Notes under the pieces: model-generated
Told to the model about the DNA's origin: nothing
The model's input: only the letters and a program-made list of their open reading frames with translations
Database searches by the model: none
Position numbers and translations under genes: made by a program
Origin: Octopus vulgaris
Lineage: Eukaryota
Length of the DNA: 64,000 nt
Assembly: GCA_951406725.2 (NCBI GenBank)
Contig: OX597820.1
Span: 57,598,001 to 57,662,000, forward strand
Direction of reading: 5' to 3'
In this document: positions 28,791-42,693 of the stretch, piece after piece
How positions within the stretch are numbered: position 1 is the stretch's first letter
Layout: every line of letters begins with the position of its first letter

Positions 28791-29694
28791 CATACTTCTA
28801 TGCGTGCATATGTATACACACGCATATACATACATACATGTATATATATACATATATACACACACACACACACAGAGTGAAGTGGACAAACGAAAAAGGG
28901 CACTCAAAACATTCAGTAGGAATTACGTTTATGTACGTATGTGTGTATGTATATATATATATATATATATATATGCATGTGTATATGTATACATATGTAT
29001 GTGTGTATGTATATACATAGATATATATGTATATATACATGTGTTTGTGTATATGTGTATGTGTGTAATATATATATATATATATGTATGTATGTATACA
29101 TATGTATATGTATTTATGTATATTTGTATATGTGTGTATGTAAATATATATATATATACGTATGTATATATGTATATGTATATATATATATTTGTATGTA
29201 TATATATATGTATGTATATCTGTGAGTGTGTGTGTGTGTATACATCCTTTTCAGTTATTAGATTGTGGCCATGCTGGTGTGCAAACAAAAAGGGTCTAGC
29301 CAAAAAAATATCATCTGCATGAGTCTGGTGCTACTAACATATTCTATCGGTTTTTTTTTTTTTTTTTTTGCTGAACCGCTAAGATACAGGGGCCAGAAAC
29401 GAACCAACAATGCTTGTCAAGGTACGGAAGCGGGGAGGACAAATACAAACACACGTGTGCACGTGCATGAAATATACAAAAAGAGCTTTCACAGAACCTC
29501 TGCTTACCAAATTCCCCCACAAGGTATTGGCAACAAGAGGGGCATCAGGCTGTTGAAAATCTGCCTCAACAAATTCCATCAAACCCGTACAAGCATGGAA
29601 AAGTGGGCATTATATGATGAGGATAGATATAAAAGTGTTTGTGTATACACACACACACTTGCAAGTTACATGTATCAAAAAGGCAAAAAATATG

Positions 29695-30265
29695 GGATCT
29701 TTTCGGTTTGAACGGCAGTTTTTTCTAGCGGTGTCATGTGAAATTGTTACCCATAATTATGACCCTAGTATCGATCTATTGCATTTCGATCTATTTTAGG
29801 GTTAGGGGTAGGGGGAAGGGTATCTTTTTTTTCTTCGCGTGTCTGTGTTTGTCTCCCTAGCATTGCCTAACAACCGATGCAGGTGTGTTTACGTCCCCGT
29901 CACTTAGCGGTTCGGCAAAAGAGACCGATAGAATAAGTACTGGGCTTACAAAGAATAAGTCCCGGGGTCGAATTGCTCGACTAAAGGCAGTGCTCCAGCA
30001 TGGCCGCAGTCAAATGACTGAAACAAGTAAAAGAGAGTAAAAGTGTAAACCCAATCTGTTTATTTAACAAGGGACATATTCATACGGCACAGAATGTTTT
30101 TTTTTACCTCAATAGACATATTTGATTGGTTGAAATTGCAGAAATTGAAGAAGAAAAACCCAACAAATATCTTACAAACTATAGAATTTTCTCAATAAAA
30201 CCAAGAGAAAAAGATGTTTTATAAACACATTCTACCAGTATACGAAGTTTAAACCGAAAAGATCC
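29695..30265 (+). mobile_element. Second copy of the GGATC-TIR MITE, with a SINE tail inserted at about 29837-30043
   Basis: Same TIR and body. Perfect 8-bp TSD AAAATATG at 29687-29694 and 30266-30273. The inner right TIR is deleted. Confidence 0.9.
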
Positions 30266-30823
30266 AAAATATGTATAAATGCAGTTACAAATATACACAT
30301 GTATGTGTATTGAGAAAACGATGTTAATCCATCAAGTTGATTGACTAAGCCAATTTTCCCAGAACACACTGAATGTACCGAAAGGAAGTTAATAAGAACA
30401 TAATGTGCTTTATGTCACATTGGTTACCTTTCAGGTGTCTGGTGATTGATATTCGTTTAAAAGCCAGATATAAATCTCTTCAATAATCCAATAGATTAAC
30501 AAGTTTTTATAAATATACTTGTAGTATATTTGAGAAACTCTAAAATATAATTTCATGTAGTAAAACATTGTATTTTTTTTCCTTTTTTTCCAAAGTTGTC
30601 ACCGTAAACAAATGCAAATACAGAAGAAATAAAAGCTCATGGAGAACTCCTAAGTAGATAAAAGTTAGCCATCATCTTTCTGTCCACGAAGAGAACTTGT
30701 AGTAGCAGCTATTTAAATCAAAGCACAAACCAGAATCTAGCTGTAAAGAAGTCAAAAATAAGATGCATAATGTGCAAATATTATACGCAACACAGCATGT
30801 ATCAGAAAATCTCTCCCCCACTT

Positions 30824-31067
30824 TATATAACAGTAATTTTAGAGACAGAACCACCTTCAACTCAAATCAACACTGAAAGATTTTTTACCCGACCACTCAA
30901 TAAAATGTTAAAAATTAAATCTTACACTAACTATATCTATTCTGAATCCCGTATATTCCGTTTATAAGACTACTAGTGTTTCATGAAAGTACGTCGGTAT
31001 TGATTAGATATGAGGTATCTAGCTCAATACTTACATATTTCAGTGTCTCTAAAATTACTGTTATATA
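30824..31067. repeat. Segment bounded by a perfect 23-bp inverted repeat
   Basis: tatataacagtaattttagagac at 30824-30846 and gtctctaaaattactgttatata at 31045-31067. Confidence 0.6.
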
Positions 31068-31148
31068 TACGAATTAAAACATTGAGAAATGTTCATTTTA
31101 GTACATCTAATTTGAATGTCGTTTTCCTGTGTACTCGGAAGTAATATT

Positions 31149-31437
31149 GGATCTTTTCCTTTTGAACGGCACTTCGTAACATAATTTCTAGGTAACTAAA
31201 AAGTTTTTAACTTTGTATACTGATAGAATGTGTTTGTAAAACATCATTTTTTTTCTTGGCTTTATTGAGAAAATTCTATATGTTGTAACATATTTCGTCT
31301 TTAATTTCGAGAATTTCGGTAATCTTAACCAATCGCTGACGTCCATTTAGGTAAATAACATTCTGTGCATATTGAATATGTCCCTCCTTTAAGAAACAGA
31401 TTGTGTTTATTTACATTTGTGAATAAAAAAGATACCC
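31149..31437 (-). mobile_element. Diverged, truncated third member of the GGATC-TIR MITE family
   Basis: Begins ggatcttttccttttgaacggc, and the body aligns in reverse complement to 50055-50343. Confidence 0.75.
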
Positions 31438-31716
31438 ACTGGCTACTTTGGTTATAGTTTCTACAGCTGGATGCCTCATCTAACACAAACCACTTTACAG
31501 CGCATGCTGGGTGCTTTTTTTTTTTGTATCAAATTAAAGAGATGTGTGTTCATGCAAGTACATGTGTACGTATATGTGCGATGAAAGATGGTTAAGGCAG
31601 TACAGGTACAAAGTAATGACAGTGGGGTTAAGAAGTTGGATTTCCAACCGACTGGTTTGAAATCCAGTTCCACTACCTACAACCTTGGGCAGGTGCCTTC
31701 TCTAGCCATATGCTAC

Positions 31717-31900
31717 ATCATCATCATCACCGTTTAACGTCCGCTTTCCATACTAGCATTGGATGGAGGATTTGACTGAGGACTGGCGAACCAGATGGCT
31801 GCACCAGGCTCCAATCTGATCTGGCAGAGTTTCTACAGCTGGATGCCCTTCCTAATGCCAACCACTCCGAGAGTGTAGTGGCTGCTTTTACGTGCCGCCA
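31717..31900 (-). mobile_element. Retroposon family C 3' end with (GAT)n tail (probably RTE-mobilised)
   Basis: aggaagggcatccagctgtagaaac...catgctagcatggaaagcggacgttaaacgatgatgat consensus. Other copies lie at about 2265-2480(-), 7190-7392, 9445-9650(-), 13700-14170, 20744-21070(-) and 36250-36400. Confidence 0.75.
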
Positions 31901-33467
31901 GCTCGAGGGCCTACCTGTGAGAGAATTCGATAAGCAGAATTTAAAAGAAGGATATGTGTGTAGTGGGGGTATGTGGGCATACACGTGTACTCAGTTTTGG
32001 TGACATATGATAGTTGTAAACCAGTGTCAATGTACATATATATATATACACACACGTATACACACACACACGTGTATATATGAGTATGTTTATGCATTTC
32101 CCCTACTACCACTTGACACCCAGTGTTGTTGGCTCGTCCCTTCAACTTCATAGTTTAGCAAAAGTGATCAATAAGTTATATAATAAATACCAGACTTAAA
32201 AAAAATTTTAAAGTACTGGGCTTGATTTGCTCAGTTTAACCCTTCAAGGTGGTGCCCCAGAATATCTGCAGTTGAACAACTGAAACAAGCGACTGATTGG
32301 AAGATGAAACCCAGATATATCTGTCTGATGGTAACACTGATGTGAAAAACTCTCTCCAAAAGGCGGCGAGCTGGCAGAAACGTTAGCACGCCTGACGAAA
32401 TGTTTAGTGGTATTTCGTCCATCTTTACGCTCTGAGTTTAAATTCCGCCAAAGTTGACTTTGCCTTTCATCTTTTCAGGGGTCAATAAATTAAGTACCAG
32501 TTGCATATTGGAGTCGATCTAATAGATTTGCCCCCTCCTCAAAAATTATGGGCCTTGTGCCTAGAGTAGAAAAGAAGTAGAAGTATTCTCTAAAACTACA
32601 GTGTGTTTTGTCCCGTTTTTATTTAAATAAATATGAAAAGGAAATCCATAGATTACAAACAAAGCTAAAACATGCCAAAAAGAAATAAGATTAAAATTTG
32701 TATAAAAACAAGACTTGTGAGATTATTCATATATTATTTATACATTGCAGTTTAACTTCAGAAAGGGATTTTCCCCACTTTCCTTGTCCTGTATCTCACA
32801 CGTTTGCAAAATATTTTGAATTTAACCCTTTAAGATTCAAACTAGCCATATCCAGCCCAGATATTCTACCAGTTTCATGCTTAAACTGGCCAAATGCAGT
32901 CTCTTACACCTGCCTTACAATGTCCATACTAAAAGCAAACAATCACATCATTTGAAGTCTGAAAGCTATGAGATAATGCATAATTAATTTTTAAGAAGGT
33001 GAATAAATAAGCATTACAATTGACAGAATAATCTGAATGCCAAATGGGATTGGTTAGTGGCAGTAGCTGCCATATTTACTCAAGCATAAGTTTGCACCAT
33101 TTTTATACTTGATTTTTAATGAAAAAGTTGGGGCACTGAAATTATAAAGGGAAGGAAAATTTTGCATCAAACCTCAATACCAAATTGGAGTGTTGGTGGT
33201 GCAGCTTAAGAGCACGTACAGTAAATATTACTATAAACTGTAAGCATATTGGCTCATAGTTGAAAGGGTTGAAAGAGCTGTTGTGAGGGAATTGAAAGAG
33301 CTGCTGTGTGAGAGTTGAAAGAGCTGATTTGTGAGAGGGGTAGAGAGATATATAGCATCAGCCCAAAGATCCTTGTTGAATACTGAATTTGTCTTTGAAA
33401 CTACTACTAATAGAAATTCCTACAGTTCGATGTAGTTAGGGTCACATCTATATAGACATATGTATAC

Positions 33468-33499
<32 letters not shown>

Positions 33500-36400
33500 C
33501 AGTCATGGCCCAGCGGTTAAGAACTTCACTTGTAAATTAAGTGGTTTAGGCTTCAGTCATACAGTGTGACACTTTATGGCACCTTGGGAAATGTCCACTA
33601 CAATAACCCAGGCCAAAGCATGTGCAATGATCTTGTCACTTTTATCAACAAATTGCCAGCTTACTTCACCCCTTCAAGAAGCCTGACAAGAGATCCTTTG
33701 CTTGAAATCAGATTAGAGTTAGTGAAAACGAAGGGCATCCATATGTAAAATACTTTCTCAATAATATACTCATCAAACCCAAGACTGCATGGAAAAACAG
33801 ACATAAAAATAAACATATAGGTACAGGAGTGGCTGTGTGGTAAGAAGCTGGGTTCCCAACCATGTGGTTCCAGGTTCAATCCCACTGTGTGACACCTTGG
33901 GCAAGTGTCTTCTACTATAGCTTTGGGCCAACCAAAGCCTTGTAAGTGGATTTTGTAGACAGAAACTGAAACCTGTTGTGTATATATATATCTGGGTATG
34001 TGTCTGTGTTTGTGCCCCCAACACCACTTGACAACTGGTGTTGGTGTGTTTATGTCCCTGTAACTTAGCAGTTCACCAAAAGAGACTGATAGAGTAAGTA
34101 CCAGGCTTAAAAAATAAGTACTGGGGTCAATTCATTTGACTAAAACTTCAGGGTGGTGCCCCAACAGTGCACCTAAAACAGGTAAAAGATAAAAGATATG
34201 AAAATACACACACACACTATACAGATAATATACATATATGCAAAATATACATGTATGTATATATAGATACACACAAACACATGCACATACATAACAAGAC
34301 TGTTGCACATTCAGTTTTCTGACTAATTACAAAAGCAATACTAACTGGATTGTAATAAATAAATAGTAATAATCATCATTTAGTAATTAAGCAAAGCTGT
34401 ATATTTAAAACATGTAGTCATAGAGGTAGTTTGTTTTTTTACTACCTGGCCAGTCTTGATAAAAAAACCTCATTACAAGAAAATATATTTTAGCCATAAT
34501 CACTCAGTGTTTTCACTTCACAAATAATTTATCAACTGAGCTCTTTTATTAATGGCTGGATGTTTTGGCCTCATGACTTGTATGAACTGATTAGATTTTG
34601 GGAACGATCCAGTGCTGGACAAGGATTCTGCATTATTTTTCCTGTTTTTTTGTTTTTTTTTAACTTAGTTTTTGTGAGCAATAGGGTTCATTTTTAGTAT
34701 TCTTGTTTGTGAGAGCAGTCGAATTTATTTCAGATATTTTCATTTTAAAAATCATCTCCGGCTAATCGTTCAGAGAACGTTAGTGCTACCCAGCATCTGT
34801 TGTCAAGCAATGTTGGGAGAGGGGGGGGGGGCAAACACAGACACACAAACATATACACACACACATAAATACATATATATGTATATACATATATATGCTG
34901 GGCTTCTTTCAGTTTCCGTCTACCAAATCCACTCGCAAGGCTTTGGTCGGCCCGAGGTTATAGTAGAAGACACTTGCCCAAGGTGCCACGCAGTGGGACT
35001 AAACCCGGAACCATGTGGTTTGTAAGCAAGCTACTTACCACACAGCCACTCCTACGCCTAATTTTCATTGGACTCTAAAGAGTCCAATGAAATTAGGTAC
35101 CAGTTGAGCACTGGGGTTCATGTAACTGACTTACCCACTCTTCTGAAATTGCTAACTTAGTGCTAAAATTATTATTAATATTATTAAAGCAAGTGACCTG
35201 GCAGAATCGGTAGCACGCTGGACAAAATGCTTAGTGATAGATTGCCCATAAATACCACCGAGGTCGGCATTACCTTTTGTCCTTTTGGGGTCGATAAAAT
35301 AAGTACCAGTTGAACACTGGGGTCGATGTAATTGACTCATCCTCCCCCGCCCCACCCAAAATTGCTGCCCTTGTGGCAAAATTTGAAACCACTATTATTA
35401 TTATTGTTGTTGTGAGGGTGCATTAGCTCAGTGGTTAAGGTGTCGCACTTGCAATCGCTAGATCGAGATTTCAATTCCTAGCCCAGGTGTTGCTGTGCTC
35501 TCGAGCAAAACACTTCAATACCTGTTGCATGGTATGCACAGCGCACCTGGTTCAGACAATATTGATTTGATGGAGGAAGAGTGAGCTAATCTGCAGCACA
35601 AATACTTGATCACTATAAGCAAATCATTTGTGCAGATCGTTCAGCAAAAAGTTAAAAACTCACCTGTCATCTTCGATAGGAGAGTCTATCATTATTATTA
35701 ACAGTAGCTTATTTAGAGTCAAATGCGGCTGTTATTTCTAGCAAGTCATACAGAAGCTCCCCTGACAACTTGCCTGCATTAGACAATGTATGCATGTACA
35801 TCTCTGCTTGTCTGCAGAATTTAAGCATGCATATTTTCAATAGGGTTAGCCATTGCGCCTTGGCGATGTTGAGGCACTTACCACCACAATACCACAAAAA
35901 ACACTGTTGTTTATACACAGTCTGATTGATGATCAGTAACATGAAATTGGAATAATCAAATGTGAGTAACTAGATGCTACAAGTGTGTGTGCAAGTTGTA
36001 TAGATTAGTTGAGTTTGCAGCAATGTGGTTTCAGGATCTAACATTGAGCACCATGTTTGGAAAGTGGTTTCCTGTTGGCCAATGCTTTGGATGTCCAGTT
36101 TGGAAGATAAAAACTGGACAGTAGGTGTGTGTGTGTGCATACAGATACATATAATGTATAGAATATACAGATTGCAAATATGGACGTGTATGTGTGCATA
36201 TATACATATACACACACATACTTGTTAAGATTATATATATATATATATATATTAGGAAGGGCATCCAGCTGTAGAAACATTGCCAGATAAGACTGGAGCC
36301 TGGTGCAGCCTTCTGGCTTCCCAGATCCCCGGTAGAACCGTCCAACCCATGCTAGCATGGAGAACGGACGTTAAACGATGATGATGATGATGATGATGAT

Positions 36401-36631
36401 ATATATATATATATTATATACATGTGAAATGTTAACGTTTGTATATTATATATAAAGATTATATAGGTGTCGTTGTGTGGCAAGAAGCTTGCTTCCCAAC
36501 CACATGATTCTGGGTTCAGTCTCACTGCATGGCACCTTGTACAACTGTCTTCTATAGCCTCAGGCCAACCAAAGCCTCGTGAGTGGATTTGGTAGACGGA
36601 AACTGAAAGAAGCCTTCTTTGTGTGTCTGTG

Positions 36632-36695
<64 letters not shown>

Positions 36696-36832
36696 TGCTT
36701 TTATTATTTTGCAATTTACTTAATCATTGGTATATTAATGTTATTTTAATTTTAATATTTGTATTATATGTAATTTTCTAGATGGTGTAATTTAATTGTT
36801 CATTTTGAATTGATAAAAGGTGTTTTTTTCTA

Positions 36833-36869
<37 letters not shown>

Positions 36870-37700
36870 GAAATTTGATTTAGTATTTCGAAATTGAATT
36901 TTTCCTTGTAAGTTAGGAATAATATTCCCTCAAATAATTATTTTATATATATATATATATACATGCACACATACTTATATCACACATACAAACATGGCAA
37001 TTGATTAAGATAATTTGCTTCACAAATGTTACTTCAGATTCAAAATACTGCTTGTATTTTGAGCAAGCCTTGGGCTAAACAACTCTTTGTGAGAATTTGC
37101 TCGACATAAAAGTGGAAGTGAAAGGCCCATGTGTTTGTGTATTTGAGTGTTTATATCACTGATGAACAGAAAGATTGCTAAGATAAGTTTCCAGACTTTA
37201 AAATGTAGCCAACTAAAATCTCTCCAGCTGATTCTGCAGCCTGGCTTTAGTCCAACGACTTCAAAAAGTAAAAGACTACGCATGTAAATACACACACACA
37301 CACAGTAAAACAGAATCCAAAGAGACTGGTGTTGGGTCTGTGTTGGCAAACTTCTATATTTTAGTAAAAATCGACAAAAAGTATAGTGAACTTCCTGATA
37401 TATATATGTGTGTTTGTGTATAGTTATATACACACACACACACACACACAGAAATACACATGCGTGTGTATAGTCTATTGACCGTTATAGGTAGGATCAA
37501 CAAAAGAATGTACTTTATCTAGTGGAGATAAATATCATTTAATATACACAGTTTTTAAATGTGCTAATAACAGTTTCATGCTGTGGAAAAAATGCAACAT
37601 AGACCCATGATTATATAAATTTTATATATATGTAGATAAATAGTAGACAGCTGTATTGCACAAAAGAAAAATTATGAAGAGTAAGGGACCTAACACAGGT

Positions 37701-37802
37701 TGTAAAGAGTACGACATTGCTGTCTTGAAATCACCATTCTTTGTAACGACATGTAAAGAGTACGACATTGCTGTCTTGAAATCACCATTCTTTGTAACGA
37801 CA
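37701..37802. repeat. Perfect 51-bp tandem duplication
   Basis: tgtaaagagtacgacattgctgtcttgaaatcaccattctttgtaacgaca occurs twice. Confidence 0.95.
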
Positions 37803-38348
37803 CAAGGCATGATATATAAATCATGTCCAGTTATATCCGCGACATGAAGCTATTACTAGCTCATGTCTAAATACTATGTGTAGATATAAACATATATAGA
37901 ACAAGACATGGATTCAGAAAATTGTGTGACTATCACAGAATGCTCCTCCAAGGGACTCCGCTAACAGACCACATAGTTATTCAGTACAGAGAAGCATAAT
38001 ATATACACACACACACACACAGAAATACACATGCGTGTGTATAGTCTATTGACCGTTATAGTGGAGGCGCAATGGCCTAGTGGTTAGGGCAGCGGACTTG
38101 CGGTCGGAGGATCGTGGTTTCGATTCCCAGACCGGGCGTTGTGTGTGTTTATTGAGCGAAAAAACCTAAAAGCTCCACGAGGCTCCGGCAGGAGGTGGTA
38201 ATCCCTGCTGTACTCAAAAGGCGGTGCTCCAGCATGGCCGCAGTCAAATGACTGAAACAAGTACAAAAAAAAAAAAAAAAAAAAAAATAATAGCAAGCAC
38301 AATCAAATCCAAAAGACCCTATCAATGAAATCAATACCTCCTACTTTA

Positions 38349-38385
<37 letters not shown>

Positions 38386-38859
38386 TCTGTTATTCTTTTA
38401 CTTGTTTCAGTTATTTGACTGTGGCCATGCTGGAGCACCGCCTTTAGTCGAGCAAATTGACTCCAGGACTTATTCTTTGTAAGCCTAGTACTTATTGTAT
38501 TGGTTTACTTTGCTGAATCGCTAAATTACAAGGACTTAAACACACCAGCATCGTTGTCAAGTGATGCTGGTGGGGGACAAACAAACATATACACATACAT
38601 GCATATATACATACACAACAGGCTTCTTTCAGTTTCCATCTACCAAATCTACTCACAAGGCTTTGGTCGGCCCGAGGCTATAGTAGAAGACACTTGCCCA
38701 AGGTGCCACGCAGTGGGACTGAACTCAGAACCATGTAGTTGATAAGCAAGCTACTTATCGCACAGCAGCTGCAGCACCTAGATAAAATTATTAATAATAA
38801 AGAATATGGAGACTTGTTCAGCCACAAAATTTATTTTATAGTTATATACAACATATCAT

Positions 38860-38950
38860 AATGGCCTACACATGTTTCCGCTGCATCAATTACTCACCAT
38901 TGCAAATGCAACCTTGTATTACTGTCAGTGCAGCTTCATCAGGGTCCATT
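38860..38950 (-). ncRNA. Type I hammerhead ribozyme motif (minimal, Penelope/retrozyme type)
   Basis: Minus-strand RNA reads AAUGG(A)CC-CUGAUGA-A-GCUGCA...UGCAGC-G-GAAA-C-AUGU-G-UA|GGCCAUU. The core is intact, stems I and II pair, stem III is short with a palindromic loop, and the GUA cleavage site falls between 38867 and 38866. Confidence 0.75.
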
Positions 38951-39916
38951 CATTTGCTCATCCTCGAAGAGAACTATAAATACTGAAACAAGTATAATAA
39001 TATATACTCCAGACCATTTTTACTGTTCTGCCAGCGAAGCATACACAGAATTACCCAATGGAAGAATTCACAGAGTCACCAACAACATATTGTAGTCGGA
39101 GATGTTAAATACTGATCATTATGGTTAGCTGTTAACCGGAACTTAACCAAGAGCTAATACAGTATCCACCCAGATAATATATCCTTCCAAAACTCACTCT
39201 GCACTGAAGATGAGAAATAACTAAGTAAATATAACTTTACTTTAATCTTGAAATGCGCATGTAGCTAATCTGAGTCGGGTGGATTCGTTACTTTTTCCTT
39301 TTGCCTAAGTAAAAAAGTGTGTTACTGTCTGGCAGATCTTTATGGTAGTTAGAAAAGGTATTTAGTTCCTATTTCTAAATTCGGTGCATGGTGAATCAAT
39401 TAGCTGACCTCTGATTATAATTATGTTTATAATTATAGAATATTTATACACTATATATATAATGACCAAGTGGTTAAAAAGTTTGTGAAACGGCCATGCC
39501 AAGTCTTAAGTATAGTCCCACTGCATAGCATGTTAGGTAAAGCGCATGTTGCTACAGCTTGGGCAGACTAAAATTTTGAAAGCAAAACAAATTGAGGAAG
39601 ATAGTCAGGTAGGCTGTGCCTTTAATGTTTTTGTTAATTTAAAAAAGTCCATCCTATCACACTGGTATCATGATAATTCTGTTTGGGAGTAATAATGTTT
39701 AAGGGAATACAAGTGTCTGTGGAATATGCAGCCACTTTGTATGCTAAATCAATGAGCTGGTCGTTGGGATTGAATAAAAACTTGCGATGCATAGTTTGAA
39801 ATCGATCTTAGAGTCTTGGGGAGCAAAGAGAAAAACGACATTTACGCCAACATACACACACATATACAAACACTGAGTGTGTATACAAATGTATACACAC
39901 ATAAGAGAGATAGCGA

Positions 39917-39955
<39 letters not shown>

Positions 39956-40778
39956 TATATACATATGTATGTATGTATGTATGTATGAGGATATATGTAC
40001 ACATGCATGCACACACACACATGGTTATATAAATTTAATGTGTATAGAGCACCTAATACAGGTTGTTGAGAATATGATACTGTTTTGAAACAACCAGTTT
40101 TTAAACGAGCCACCAAAATATCTAGATTTTTTTCCTAAATGGAGAAGAAATGTTTGAAAAGGAGCTGCGATTTAAAAAATAAAAAGATCCAGCAAGTTGG
40201 TAAATTCAGCCACATAGTTTCAGGTTCAGTCCCACAGCATGGCACCTTGGGCAAGTGTCTTTGGCTATAGCCTAGGGCCAACTGAAGCTTTGTGACTGAA
40301 TTTGGTGGGCGAGAGTTAACATCATGTGTACACATGTGTGTGCAAATGCTTGTGCCTCCTAACCTGGGCGTAAATGGATTATTTATGAGGTTTTGATTTC
40401 AACTTGTTGAATCTTAAATGAAGTGGTTGTGTATTCCTTAGATCCCCGTAGCCTTGTAACATATATCTTCAAGAAATATACTACAGTTTGTGACAAAGTT
40501 GCATCCAAATTCCACATATGTACAATCCATCTAATGGGCTTTTTTGCACTGTGTATCTACCTTATATCGCAACTGGAAACCATAAACCAAGGTTAAGAAA
40601 AAAAGACAAAAAAAAACTATCATGGTACTCAAAATGAAAGTCTAAAAACAACTGGCCATATACAGTCATCAAGTTATCAACTAGCAAGAAATAGCAGTTA
40701 AAATGACCTCCTCAAATCACACCATCTGTCTATAAACGGTAGAAAAGTCATTAGATAAGAATCTCAGAATCTTTATAA

Positions 40779-41285
40779 CAGTGTTTCCCAACCATTTATT
40801 GTCTATGGATGTCTTTGATTTTATTCTGCTGGACCACAATAACCATTTACTGGTGCACAAAAAACCTTGCTGTATTTCTATAATTAAATATTAATAGGAA
40901 CTGTAAGAAAAATTTTAAATACTTTGTGTTATTCTTGTATTTGGTTTAGTCATGTGACTGTGGCCATGCTGGAGTACCACCGTGAAGGGTTTTAGTCGAA
41001 CAAATTGATCCCAGGACTAATTTTTTTGTAAGTCCTAATACTTTTCTATAGATCTCTTTTGCTGAACCACAAAATCACAAAAATCTGGGGAACAGACAGA
41101 CACAAAGACACACATATATATATACGATGGGCTTCTTTCAGGTTCTATCGACCAAATCCACTCACAGGGCATCCCAACCATGTGGTTGAGAAGCAAACTT
41201 CTTACCACACAGCCAGGCCTGTACAAGTATAACCAATCTCATATGGACCCCCAAAGGTTATATAGACCCTGGTTGAGAACCCATG
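40779..41285 (-). mobile_element. Second copy of the hAT MITE with an independently nested SINE
   Basis: Ends cagtgtttcccaacc / ggttgagaacccatg, TSD CTTTATAA / CTTTATAG, body homologous to 14597-15281 in reverse. A different hAT 5' fragment (cagggatgggcaac) starts at about 41303. Confidence 0.75.
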
Positions 41286-42477
41286 CTTTATAGGATATAA
41301 CCCAGGGATGGGCAACTTTTCAACAGAGGGCCGCATCGTACCATTTCCAAGTGGGAGGCGGCTGCATGATAAAACACATATCCATGAAATATTACTTGCC
41401 CACTTTACACTGAAATTTTTCGCAGTTCTTCATTTTCTTTGTCTTAGTATGAAATTAGTAACCTAGAAACTTGTTGTCGGGCCGCAGCATGACAACCACC
41501 ACGGTATCTAAACCAACTCGGTATCCGACTGCTATTTTAGCTATTTTATTTCATATAAACCCGAATAAATAAATAAAAATAAATAAATTGAAAGGCAAAG
41601 TCGAATCAGTTTGGTTTGAATTCGGGACTGACAGGACCATAATTCAATATCATAAAATATTTTACATGAAACTGCTGAATTAATCAGAGTTGATCCAAGG
41701 CTAAAAGACAACATAGTTCAGAGTTTTATCAGATTTTTATATTGTATATTGCAATTCGTTTAGAAAATTTATTTGAACCATAAACCTCCCCACAACTAAT
41801 TTTAAGATGTGACTAAAAGTACCAAATTTGTATATTAGTATTATCTTACACTCTTGTCTGCTTCTTGAGTTCAGATATTATGCAGAAGGCATTTGATAGT
41901 TATTATAAGTATTAGACCTAGATAGCTGCTTGGTACTCATGTTTACTTCACAGATCTGCTGAGTTCTATCTTGTCATGTGCAAGTGTTGTACGCCAAAAA
42001 ATCAGGTTAACCAATACCTCGTTAGAAGAAATTAGCAGATGTACAGCGTTGAAAAACTCGCTCGGGTATATATGTACTTGTGGTATGTATATATGAAAAT
42101 TTTGTGTAAATATATATGTGCAGGAGTGGCTGTGTGGTAAGTGTCTTACTTACCAGCCACATGGTTCCGGGTTCAGTGCTACTGCATGGCACCTAGGGCA
42201 AGTGTTTTCTACTATAACCTCAGGCTGACCAAAGCCTTGTGAGAGGATTTGGTAGATGGAAACTGAAAGAAGCTCATCATATATATATGTGTCTGTTTTT
42301 GTGTGTGTATTTGTCCCCCCAACATCACTTGACAACCAGCAAAAGGAACTGATAGAATAAGTACTAGGCTTACAAAGAATAAGTCCTAGGGTTGATTTGC
42401 TCGACTAAAGGTGGTGCTCCAGCATGGCCACAGTCAAATGGCTGAAACAAGTAAAAGAATATATATATATGTGTTCC

Positions 42478-42693
42478 GTTGTTGTCAAAAGCTTGGCACA
42501 TAGGTCTCAAAATTAGAATTTTTATATTAAATGTCCAAAGTTATATTTAATTTGCAATATATTATTACTTGGTCAAAAATTTGGAGCAGGTTTGAAAATT
42601 AGAGTTTTTATATTGAATGCTCAGAGCATATATTGGGCATGACAATTTTAATTTTTTTTTTAAATGTTCCGAACTTTTGGCCACAATTGTGTA
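42478..42693. mobile_element. Decayed Tc1-like MITE
   Basis: The right end reverse complement (tacacaattgtggccaaaagttcggaaca) resembles Tc1 TIRs. The left end (gttgttgtcaaaagcttggcaca) is a diverged match, and there is an internal direct repeat. Confidence 0.55.

Noticed and set aside
33268-33340. Three ~23-bp ttgaaagagctg repeats (also a ~70-bp duplication at 13355-13495)
   Set aside because: Ordinary degenerate minisatellite or local tandem duplication.
37650-37720. PVLGPLLFIIF peptide resembling LINE RT motif B (similar at about 40050-40100)
   Set aside because: Too short and degenerate to delimit as an element.
38061-38135. tRNA-like sequence with A and B boxes
   Set aside because: It is a SINE head continuing into a repeated body, with no closed acceptor stem.
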